64,000 nt of DNA. Source: Paramecium tetraurelia (Eukaryota). The DNA lies in NCBI GenBank assembly GCA_000165425.1, contig CT868029.1:62001-126000 (forward strand), written 5' to 3'. The notes beneath the pieces are model-generated. The model saw only the letters and a program-made list of their open reading frames with translations. It was not told the origin of the DNA and did not search any database. The position numbers were made by a program, and so were the translations under genes. Of the stretch, positions 53,049-64,000 are shown in pieces (the stretch's first letter is position 1; every line of letters starts with the position of its first letter).

Positions 53049-54608
53049 ATGAATATCGAACCTCGCAGAAATGTTAAGGAAAGGCTCCCAATCCACTAAA
53101 ACTTCATTGAACCTCATAATTACTAACCATTATTCAAAAGTCCTGTGAGCACTCGTTCAAGATAACAAAGACCATCCAAATTGCCTTCATTCAAAATGCC
53201 TAGTGGATAATAGGTCTCAATTGCTGTATCACCACCCGTATCTCCTTAATGGAGGACTCGCAATATGAGTCGTGCAGAATCAAGAATGCTCAATGTAAGT
53301 CCGCCTCAAGTACTTTAAAGTCCAAAATATGTGATCTAGATGTCAATCTTTAATGAAAATTTATTAGTGAGTTTATGTAACTTAGTTAGTAAAAAGCATT
53401 ACAGAGAAAGAACAATGAAACTGGAATGATAAAATAACTTGTGTAAACGCCTTAGAAAATGCTTCATTAACAATCCTTAATTAGAGAAGATCTAAATAAA
53501 GCTAGTTTTAAATTCTTATTTGTACTTGGAAAAGGAGGATTTGGAAAAGTGTGGAGAGTGGAACTCTGCAAAACTAGAAAGTAATACGCAATGAAAGAGA
53601 TGAGTAAGGCGAGGTATTTCAAATATATTATTGAGAATCTTGTCAAAAAAATCTGTCCATTCAGTCTTGAATGAAAAGATTCTTCTTAGCAAACTTAGAC
53701 ATTCGTTTATTGCCAATATTCACTTTGCATTTTAAGATCGAGATCACCTTCACTTGGTGATGGATTTATTAACAGGAGGCGATTTGAGGTACCATATAGG
53801 AGTGAATCGCCGTTTTACAGAATGGCAAACAAGTACAAAATTAGATAATTGTAGAATTCGTCATAGCTTGTTTATTATTGAGTTTAGAGTATCTGCAAAA
53901 CAATAACATTATTCATAGAGATATTAAACCTGAGAATGTAGTGTTTGACAAGAAGGGATATCCAAGATTAACAGATTTTGGCATAGCTAGAGTTCTGAAG
54001 CCAGAGAACAGTTAAGAAACAAGTGGCACTCCAGGATATATGGGTTAGTAATTATTTTAAGTCAGATAGCCCCAGAGGTGATGTGTAGACAGAATCATGG
54101 AATAGGGGTTGATCATTTCGCTTTGGGAGTTATGATCCACGAATTCATGCTTGGAAAAAGACCTTACGTTGGGAGATCTCGAAAGGAAATCAAAGAGATG
54201 ATGTTAACTAAGTAAGTGAATATCAAAAGGCAGGATGGCTGGAGTAGCGACAGTGCAGATATTTGTAATCAAGTAAATAGAATTAGTTAAGTGTAGTTAT
54301 TACAGAGAAAACAATAACACAGATTAGGGTTTGATGGGGTTTAATCCATTAAGAAACACTCTTGGTTTTAGCATGTTAACTGGCAGAGTCTGATTGATAA
54401 GACCATGCCTTCTCCTTTTAGTGAACTGGCCTATTCTGAAGATAAGGACTTTAAAAGGTAGATTTCTTCGGACCATGACTCTGAAGACTCTCTGATCTAG
54501 GAGAATGCGGGTGCTTTGAGGAGGAATTCTATTCAAGATATGTTCAAGGATTATGAGTACAATGATCGTGGAGTGACTGGGAGCACTAATTCGACTCAAA
54601 TTTAATGA
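53049..54608 (+). CDS. AGC-family Ser/Thr protein kinase
   Basis: [53 protein letters not shown] and RLG...IKKHSWF. Confidence 0.95.
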
Positions 54609-54776
54609 TAATTTTATTTATTTTAATTACAATACAGGATTCTTTGAGAGGAGGGTCTGATTTGGCGTGAGTCTACCTCGAGAATATGTGAATATATATA
54701 TTTGGATGATATTAAATATATAGGCTCATAATAAAATGGAATAGATGAAATGATTTGAAAATTTATTTAAAATTTA

Positions 54777-55425
54777 ATGTTTGAGAAAGAAATCGTGATT
54801 GATGGTAAGGGCCATTTGTTGGGTCGATTGGCTTCTTATATTGCCAAGGAGTTGTAAAGAGGCTAAAGGATTGTTGTAGTCAGAACTGAGTTGATTTAAC
54901 AATCAGGTATGAAGTTGTTGCTAAAGCAGGTTCCCTCTTCAGAAACAGAGTCATTTTTGAAGAATATCTCAATAAGAGAATGGCCTTCAATCCAAGAAGA
55001 GGATACAAGCATTACAGAACTCCATCACGATGTTTTTGGAAGGTAGTCAGAGGAATGCTTCAATATAAATCAAAAAGAGGAGCAGCTGCTTTAGAGAGAT
55101 TAAAGGTCTTTGAAGGAGTCCCCCCTCCCTATGACACAAGAAAGAGATAGGTTATTCCAGATGCCATCAAATTGATCAGACTCAAGAATCACAGACCCTT
55201 CTGCACTTTAGGTGATTTATGTGCCTCAGTCGGATGGAATTCATAAGCTGTTGTTAACAGACTCGAAGAGAAGAGAAAGCAAAGGTATCGTGCATTTTTA
55301 ACGTTTCATTTAGAGGTGCTGCCTATTACAAGAGAAAGATTGCCAGAGAAAATCTCAGAAGAAAAGCCATCGGAGCTAAGGAACTTGCTACAATCAATTC
55401 AGAGTTAGAGAAGTTGGGCTATTGA
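54777..55425 (+). CDS. RPL13A: 60S ribosomal protein L13a (uL13)
   Basis: MFEKEIVIDGKGHLLGRLASYIAKEL...RGAAALERLKVFEGVPPPYD. Introns at 54907-54929 and near 55285-55313. Confidence 0.97.
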
Positions 55426-55462
55426 AATAATATAATAAAATCATGTACATTTAATCTTTATA

Positions 55463-56209
55463 ATGTAAAAAATCGATTATGGTGTTGAGGTTCACATTGA
55501 TGACACTCTCTACGCCGGCAAATGTTTGTTATAACTTCTCAACACTCCACTCCTCTCCTATAAGTACGAATAAGATTAGGCCAGATTTCTCTTGGGAGTA
55601 AATCAATAAGGATGGCCATAGGCAGAATTGTTACATGGTACTAATTGTCCTTGTGTCAACCAAGATTATTAGAATAAAGACACTAAGTAAAGCAAAATTA
55701 GATTAGCTACTGTGGCTATGTTGTGTGACAAAGATGATAATTTTTTAATAACAAGAAGGCATTCTTAAATGAAAACATTTCCCAAAACATGGGTGTTTCC
55801 TGGTGGAATGGTAGAAAGATTATAGGACTTAGAGTCTGAATGCTTAAGAGAGGTTTAAGAAGAAACTGGAATTGATGTTTCGCCAATTTTAAATAAAATG
55901 GAGCTTAAAGTCTTATATGAATCAGTGTATCCGACTAAATTATAAGCTGGTTAACTTCCATAAAAGCAAACTCTATGTATATTTTATGAAGTTAAATTAA
56001 ATGAGACATGCAACAACATTTAAGTCAAAATTCAAGAGACTGAAGTCGATGATTTTAAATGGATTCCTAAGAAATAATTATTAGAAATCATGAATGCCTA
56101 AACTAACGATGAATAATATAAAGAAATGAGTGGGATTTATCCAAATGAATATGGTTCAGGAGTTGGAGAAGGACATATTAAGTCATTTATGCATAGTTAT
56201 AAATATTGA
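55463..56209 (+). CDS. Nudix hydrolase, NUDT17-like (intronless)
   Basis: FLITRRHSQMKTFPKTWVFPGGMVE...CLREVQEETGI (Nudix box) and LYESVYP. Confidence 0.9.
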
Positions 56210-56304
56210 TATAATTATTAAGTACTTGATCTAAATTAAAATATCTTCTTATGATTAATTAAATGAATTTTATTAAAAAAATTTAAATAAAATCTGTCTT
56301 TAAA

Positions 56305-56541
56305 ATGGGTAACAAGGCAGCCACCAATAAATAAGCTGAAAATACAGAAAATAATAATAACAATAAAGATTAGAAGAAACCAGAAGATAAGGATTAAGTT
56401 AAAAAGAATCAAAAATAGATGATAATGAGAATGTTAGTAGGGTAAAATGGTTGTGGATTCGAAGAGTTTGCTCAAGAGTAAGAAAATTATGAGAAATTCT
56501 CAAATATTATAGCTCATGCTGCAAAAACTAAAATTGAATGA
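56305..56541 (+). CDS. 78-aa hydrophilic protein with possible N-myristoylation (MGNKAAT)
   Basis: 237-nt open frame from ATG to TGA, between AT-rich spacers. Confidence 0.65.
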
Positions 56542-56598
56542 TTATTTATTTAAATCATATTAAATTTTCAACGTAATATCTGTAAAACATACTATAAA

Positions 56599-58104
56599 TC
56601 AAATGAAAGTAATTTATTATTAACTAAGTAACTTCTATGCATATCTAACTAACCCTCTCTTTGAGTGTTCCACACTCAAAGCAATTCCGACTCTTTCATG
56701 AGTTAATCTTATTTATTCTAAATTGCTGGAAAATTTCTTGCTCCTCAATGTTTCCGTAAAAGAAGGAGATTAAAACTTCATCTCCAAACGTTATCTAACC
56801 ATTTCCTCCAAAGGAAGCTTCTTTTAAAAGTCGTTTAGGATTATTGTAGGCTATTTATTTGATAAGGGATGTAACTTCAAGGATTATAATTTTATTAATG
56901 TTGCTGTTTATGTTTATTTTAGTTGTTATACCTTGGGTATTTGATTCGTTGGTTTCATACTTTCATATTCATCAGCTACAGAAATCGGAATTGGAATTTC
57001 AAAAGCAAAATTCTTTCCTCTCAAAAATTATTGTAGCATTTCATCTAATGAAATATCGATATCAATCACTCTTTAATTTGGTATACATTCCAAATTATGT
57101 GATATCATGTATTGATTTTTCACTTATCTTCGTTAATAATAAAGAGGGTTCTAACATTGAATCAACTTGATTGGGAAATTTACAGCTTTAGAAAATATGT
57201 GTAATCCCAAACTCATCTCTTCTTAAGGTAACATCTTCATGATTTACTGCATCCCCTTCGATGAAACCATCTTCATGGGGGACTTTTCTTTTTCTACAGT
57301 ACCTTTCATGCTTTTTTCATGTAAGGATTTAGCTATTTTTAATTCATAATTGAGAAAGCACAATTTACCAAGTTCTTCATAACAGATTATTTCTTAATCT
57401 ATATCCTTCAAATGCCATGCATATTCCAAAGACTGCTTATTAAAATGATATATTACTTTCTTTATGAATATTTTGCCCTATTCGTATTTCTTAACATATT
57501 TACACAAAATTCCAATTTGAAGAAATGTCCATTGAATGACATTAAATTATCTTGTGAATTCACTAAGAAACTTGCAATGTGATAAAAATAGAAGAGCCTT
57601 GGTCCATTCCTAAAATGAGATAAATGTTAATGCACTAAGACGCATAAACGTTATTAGTAAAGCAATGTTATCCTATTCAACTGCAATTACCATCATATTT
57701 AGCAAACCTTATCAAACATGTTAGATACTTTCTATAGCTCCAATTTGGTCATTACATTGTATACTTTCAGCAAACTGTTATTCAAATTGATTTAACATAA
57801 CTATTGATGACCTAATTCTTAAAGGTGTTTGAATTGTCTTTCTTGAGTATATGTATGAGTGTTTGGGACTAATGGAACTTTTGCGGAGCTTAGGAATGGA
57901 TCTCATTGTAGTTGAACCTGATTCCTTGGGTGAAAAGAATTAGTCAATCTCATTGAAAGGCAATATCTTTTGAAGTGTATTGATGCTAGGTTTATCATTT
58001 AGTTTTCTATTGGTTGACTATTAACTATCAAACATTTCTGATAATGTGCCTGTCAAGTTTTAAATTTAAAAAGAAAGTACTCTCTTTTTTTTCTTTTGGT
58101 TCAT
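56599..58104 (-). CDS. TPR-like helical protein
   Basis: QIGILCKYVKKYEQGKIFIKK/SLEYAWHLKDIDQEIICYEELG...AKSLHEKSMKG resembles TPR helices. Several introns. Confidence 0.7.
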
Positions 58105-58213
58105 TATATTTTTATAAATAAAAAAGCAATTTCAGGGACTAAATTACATTAATTAAAATAAGTTAAGACCTGTTTAACTTTCCCTAACCCCTTTTGTTTA
58201 ATCAAAAACAACA

Positions 58214-58788
58214 ATGTCTAATCAAAATCAATAGTTTGCTTAATTATAATCATCTCAATAATCCTTGACTGATGAATAGATGGCAGAATTACCTATCCTC
58301 TCCTTCCTAAAAAAAAGAAAACCTATCAAAGCCAAAGCTCAATTGACAGTAGAGGTAAGCCTATTATTTTTAAATATTTTTCTAGAATAACGACTTTGAA
58401 ATCGAGATAATCAACACTAAAGTTGTACAGAATAGTTTTGTAGTCTATGAGATTAGAATCAAGAAAGGCAACCTTTTCTGGATTTTTCAAACTAGATACA
58501 GTCTATTAGAGAGTTTGAGTTCAAAAATATCAAAGAATCTCAAATCCCATTTACCAAAATTTCCAGATAAAAGGCTTTTTGGAAACCTTGACAACGATTT
58601 CATAGCATAAAGAGGAAAATAACTTGATTCCTATTTGAAAGTATGTTCATTCATTTGATTTATAATAGTAATTGTTTAAATTGGGAAGGAGTGAAAACAC
58701 AGTACGAGAATTCGTACGCCAATCTTAGAAGGCAGCATTTGTGATCAACGACCCTTCTGCTGTTAAATTATTCAATCTTGACGCATGA
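58214..58788 (+). CDS. PX (phox homology) domain protein
   Basis: FVVYEIRI...TRYSLLESL...LPKFPDKRLFGNLDNDFIAQRGKQLDSYLK. Two introns. Confidence 0.9.
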
Positions 58789-59340
58789 AAATTATAAAAT
58801 TAATATAGAACATCAAATTACCATCCTACATTTTTTTTAAGCACATTCTTGAGTTGAATTACATTCCTTACATTGCTGGGACAAGGATGTTTAACACGTA
58901 GTTAAATTACATCCATCCCACTATAATTTAAATTGTGTATCTTATATGCATTATAAAATCTCATTATAAAATTAAATTTGTTCGTAATAAAACTAAACTC
59001 ATTGTTAGTTCACTATTATATATTCTTTTAATTAATTAACACAAGTGTCATTCTATTATCACTTAAAAATAGAAATATTTGTTTGTTTAGCATCACTCCT
59101 AAGCGCGCATTCTTAGGAAATCCTTAATTCATATTCCATGCATGAATCTAAAACAGAGAATTCATTATGTTGATATAAAAAGAAAAACAATTTATTGTAT
59201 TGAATCTCGTATGATTATTATTAAAATTCAATAAGACAAATTATAACATATAAGTTATGCCTTTGAATTATTAATCTAAGAACAACTTAAATTGAAAATA
59301 ATTATAATGTATTTATATATTGTATTGTACAATATTGGAA

Positions 59341-59753
59341 TCATTATGCTTTTGTGATTTCTGTCTTGAGGTTAGCAAATGAATCAACTGGCACGTACTA
59401 AGCAAGAGTATAGTACTTTCCTTTTCCATCATCTTCTTCCTTCTTCTTTCTTTAAAGTCTGCAAACAATAATGTTAATAGCACTACCTAACTCTGATTCT
59501 TCTTGGTAAATTTCTAATTCCTCTAGCCCATATTGCTTCATTCAATTATGGATCAACTCTAACATCATCTGTCAACATATTCTTTTGAGCTATCCCATTA
59601 ATCTAATGAAATACCAAATCTGACTATGTGACTAACAGCACGTGGAGCCTTTCTTTTGAATGTCTCCTTGTGAACAGCTTTGTGAAGATTAATAGTATAA
59701 TCTCTGCTCACTTCACCCAATGGATTTGGCTTTCCTTTTTCTTTTTTGCCCAT
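59341..59753 (-). CDS. RPL31: 60S ribosomal protein L31 (eL31)
   Basis: VSRDYTINLHKAVHKETFKRKAPRAV...[28 protein letters not shown]. Two introns. Confidence 0.97.
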
Positions 59754-60245
59754 AAATTAAAAAAAAATCTTTAAATTTTTTAAAATAAAGCTGTGTTATA
59801 CATACAATAGAAACAATAGAAGCAAAATTATAATGGAATTGAGAATAAATAGAATTATAAGTAAGATATTGTATAATTATGAGATAGTCAATCCATATGA
59901 AATTGGATCTGTTCAACATAAAAACATAATTCGATGTGAATCCTATCGATAGAATAGAATTTACATAATTAAATTGCTCTTCTAATTCAAAACTTATATC
60001 TTAAAATGTTTGATATGGATGGTAGAATCTAAATTATATGTTGATTGAGTTTGATCAATAAATTTAAATGGTTACTCATTGATATGTAGAATAATATGTT
60101 TAAATGAATTCATTCAGATATTTCAATAGAAAATATACTGTTTTTTCTGTTGCTCTGTCAAAATCTTATACAAAGAAGAGTTGTTATTAAGTTTGATATC
60201 CGCGTATATAGTAATAATATTAATAAATTATTTCTGTCAGGCTTA

Positions 60246-61907
60246 ATGATACCCTCTGAAGAATTTGACTAAATCGTACTTCATAAATGCTAAAGTGATA
60301 CCTAAAATCAATTTACACAAATGATCTAGAATTTAAACAGCATGTAAGATTATATTATAAATTAAGTGCACCCAATACTCAAGTATAAAAAAAATCACCC
60401 GATATAGAAACAAACTTATATAAAAGTGGTGGTGATGATTCAGACATTCATATAAATTGTTATGAGGCTCCTGGATTAAAAAAATAATAAAGTGATATGA
60501 CTTATGATTTGAGAAGAAATTAACTTAAATCTGTTGCCCCAAGATAATGTAAGTATCATTAGAATAACTTACAAAATTTGGGATCGAATTCTGGATAAAA
60601 TGCTTAAGCAGATTCGAAGGGTCAATAGAAATATTAAAATGATGAGTAAATTTCTATTATTAAATTTGATGATCAACAAGAGGAATTAAAGGGGATTATG
60701 TAATTAAAATGAAAAATTTAGGAATTAATTAGATGAAATAGATCTGAAACTTGAAGCCCAACGAAAACTACATTAAGACTTTTATAAACATATTAATGAA
60801 GGCGACCAATCTCGGGGAAATTAACAGTCACCTCATATTGAAGTGAATGAGCAAAAATAAAATGAAAACACTACTTGTCTAATCTGTGGATGTGACGATG
60901 AAAATCTAGTAAAAAAACTTAGATGCGAGCATCGATTTTGTTTGTAATATTAATTTAACCTCTTAGATATTGCTATTTCAATTATTTAAATGACAAAATT
61001 AGAAATGCCCAAGTTATGAATATTCTTTGTCCTCAATAAGGTTGTAGAGAAACATTTCAAGATTCTGTAATATAAAACATTGTTACTTAAGAAACCTTTA
61101 GAAAATATTTGAATTTTAAATATAAAAATGAGATTCAAAAGGATCCAAACAAAAAATGGTGTCCAGTACCAGATTGTTAATATTATGTTGAAAGAAATCC
61201 GCGTTCAAACATTACTATCTGTAAATGTGGGGCTTAAATTTGTTTTAATTGTGGCAGGCTTGCTCATTTGAATAGGCGATGTGAGGTAATTTTATTAAAT
61301 TAAAAGTAGAATTACTCAGATTTGCAGTTTTAATATGCATAAAATATCTACAATATTAAACAGTGTCCTGACTGTAGCTCTCCTGTTGAAAAAAATTAAG
61401 GGTGCAATCATATGACATGTAGATGCGGCTATTAGTATTGTTGGGTTTGTATGTAAAAGTATCATGCGTATCATTACAAATATTGGTCTATCAGAGGATG
61501 TGCAAGTAAATATACAGCATTATCTAAAGTATGGGCCAATGGAATATTCAAAACAAGAAAAGTAATAGAGCACCCTGATCTAATGAGGAGGGTTTTTTTT
61601 TTTCCTCGTCTAATCCTTTTTCTTTTGAGAGGACCCTGGCTACTTCTTAAACTGTTATTTAAAGCATTTAAAAAATCTATATCTCAACCTTTTATGAAAT
61701 TGAATAAGAAATTCAGTCGTACAAGAAAACCAAGATCTAGGTACATGCTTTTTATTATTTGTTCTTAGATGTGGCAGAAAATTATATTTCATATGGGGTG
61801 AGTTTTGGATTGTGATACTGGTGATCATTATCTTCCCCTTTTACTTTTTATTTTATAGACTTATAATAGAAATAAAAAGGCTAATAAAAGATGGATGTGG
61901 TTATTGA
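60246..61907 (+). CDS. RBR (RING-IBR-RING) E3 ubiquitin ligase with C-terminal hydrophobic segments
   Basis: CLIC...CEHRFC..C...CPQQGC; KWCPVPDC...[47 protein letters not shown]. Confidence 0.92.
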
Positions 61908-61989
61908 ATATGAATTAAATTTTATATCAAAAATCTTATATATTAATAATTTAATAGGAATTAGTTGCAACTTTCAAGAATTGATAACC

Positions 61990-63000
61990 TTTTATGCATC
62001 AAAAGATCCGAAACTTTAAATCTCAATTGAACTCCTAAAGTAATTCAGAAATGATTATAATTTTATGAAAATTTTAGAGATATTTTAAGAATGTTAGAAA
62101 ATACTTATAAAGTTCTCAATTTCACAGCACAAGATATTAGAATTGCTCTAATAAGAATAGGTGATGCGTAGTACAGGGATATATAGTAATTATCGGGATT
62201 TTAGTCAAAAAGAGTTTAAATAAAAAAGAAATATGATGTAAGTTTCGATTAAGACAAGAATTTGTGTAAAATAAGGAAAGTCTTTAAAGAAATTAAATTT
62301 TAGACATTAGACTCGATCGCAAATTCTAATTTCAACTTGTTATATCTATTGCAATACTATTAGAAGATACAATTAAGAATAGAGGAATCAATAATTTATC
62401 TATTATATTTTAGTAACTAAAAATTGGGAGTTAAAATAATTTGGATTTTTGATTTTAATTGCTCAAAATATTTTGGATAATGGCTTTTTAGGAATGGAAA
62501 GTATTTATCAGTTTTTAGGAGATTATAATATAAGGGTGAAACAAAAGATCAAGTTATTTGTATTAATATTGTTAACATTAGAAATTAGGTAAGCTATATA
62601 TATATGAAATAAAAAGCGGGATAAAAAGTAACTAATTGCCTAGTATTGAAATAAATTAATGAATTTTATGTTTTTAAAATAGTTTAATTTTTGAGTATAG
62701 TAATTGTATGTTAAAAGCTGAATTGAGATATTTGACATTAGAGGATGTGATGAATTTTAAATAATTTGATAAGTACATATAAAATTTGCGTTGACAAGAG
62801 AAGCAATACTTGATTATCTTGAAGGGGAATTGCAGAGCTTGTTGATTACTATAGTTTGAAAGGAGAAGAATTAAAGTTTGTTTAATTTAGGATAGATGCA
62901 TACTACAGTGGTATCGATAGTCAATAATGAAAAAGTTGAATTTTAGATGGGAATAAAGAAGAATGTGAAAGATTGGAGAGGTGTTGATTAGCAAAATTAC
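61990..63000 (+). pseudogene. possible decayed gene remnant
   Basis: About 1 kb of coding-like composition without a continuous frame. Confidence 0.2.
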
Positions 63001-63133
63001 AAGTGAAATAACGAAATTTCTATTTTAATTAAATTCTCTATTCAATATTATTGTTTTTTTTCAAAACGATATTGCAAAATTAAAATGTAAATTGAACGAA
63101 TAATTATTTATGTTTATATATTCTCATTGAATT

Positions 63134-64000
63134 ATGAATGGAGTGGAGAGAAATACATGCACTGGAACCTTTTCTGAGGGTCAGTATTTAGAATCTATAA
63201 TATTACTCTACAAATAAATAATTAATATAAAATATGATAGCTCAAAAGATCGAGAGACATTTCTCACGAACAGTCCAAGCATAAAAATAATCAAAAAAGA
63301 AGATGAAATTTGTTGAATAGGTATCATTCAAATTGATTTGTGTATAGTCCGATAGGTTTTTATAAGTCAACGAAGACTCTCCAAAGTTAAGTTAGGACAA
63401 GGTAGAAACAAAAAAAAACTTGACTTCGAGACACCTTTAAGAAAATGAGGCTTAAATTTCTGGTCCGGAGGAGACTTTCTCGAGAGGACATGATGCTTAA
63501 AATGATTCATAAGTAAAGTGCTTTTAATAAACTCATCTAGACTGTCACACCTCTAGCTGTTCCAGAGGTTTAGGATCTCGAATAAATTCCAAGTCTTGAA
63601 CACAATCTCTTTCCAGAGTACAATTCTAAAAAGTATTATTTTTCAAATAACTTCTTCAGTAAATAGAAAGCGACAAAAAGAAAAGTCCTGCTCAAAAGAT
63701 TTAAGTCTCACTAAAAGTCATTACTCGCAATGGACAGTAATACTTCTTTGCCAACAGCAGTGGATTTACAATTCGAGAGTCAATTTTTAGAAAAGAATGA
63801 ACCAGACAATAAATCATTTTCAAATAATCAATAACCAGTTCACGAATCTAATGATGAGTCGAAAGAGGGGGAATTATTTAAATAAATTCAAACTGAAGAT
63901 TTTAATTAACCCAAAAATAAAAGAACTTATTACACTGATAAATTAATAAGCTTGATCAAAGGAGATTACGTCGATACATTTATGGCGTAAATGTATCTCA
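63134..64000 (+). CDS. 5' part of a protein with low-complexity N-terminus (runs off window)
   Basis: MNGVERNTCTGTFSEGQYLE... with small introns; the frame is open at the window end. Confidence 0.65.

Noticed and set aside
1..64000. Abundant in-frame TAA/TAG suggesting mass pseudogenisation
   Set aside because: They align with Gln or other sense positions in ribosomal proteins and NSA2; this is the known ciliate nuclear code.
1..64000. CRISPR arrays, prokaryotic defence systems, transposases, telomeric repeats, tRNA/rRNA genes
   Set aside because: No repeat-spacer array, DDE or RT motif, G4T2/G3T3 tract or cloverleaf was recognised by eye.
1..64000. Retained germline IESs (TA-bounded inserts)
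   Set aside because: Interruptions in the conserved genes are explained by GT..AG introns. No convincing TA-bounded insert was needed, though this cannot be excluded in the decayed regions.

Overview
This is AT-rich, gene-dense eukaryotic DNA from a ciliate, most likely a Paramecium macronuclear chromosome; the species cannot be determined from sequence alone. Conserved genes (RPL13a, RPL31, NSA2, PP2A-A, cathepsin C) read through TAA/TAG as Gln and end only at TGA. They are interrupted by tiny (~20-32 nt) GT..AG introns, and intergenic gaps are often under 200 bp. The supplied standard-code ORF track is therefore largely fragmentary or spurious, so I re-translated genes by hand with the ciliate code. 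About 40 genes are called, with several decayed gene remnants between them (CutC, kinase-like, RING-like and others). No rRNA, tRNA, transposon, CRISPR or telomere repeat was seen. Most notable observations: an intact but catalytically gutted glycogen-branching-enzyme paralog; a 53-aa membrane microprotein matching the fungal Mim1 TM pattern; a SAM-SAM/(MQESVYFP)n/poly-Asn/FHA-FHA protein; two tandem K+ channels with chargeless S4, a degenerate CNBD and an exact CCHC zinc knuckle; and a +1 frameshift in NSA2. All product calls come from motif recognition by eye, not database searches; gene ends may be off by a few codons where stated.
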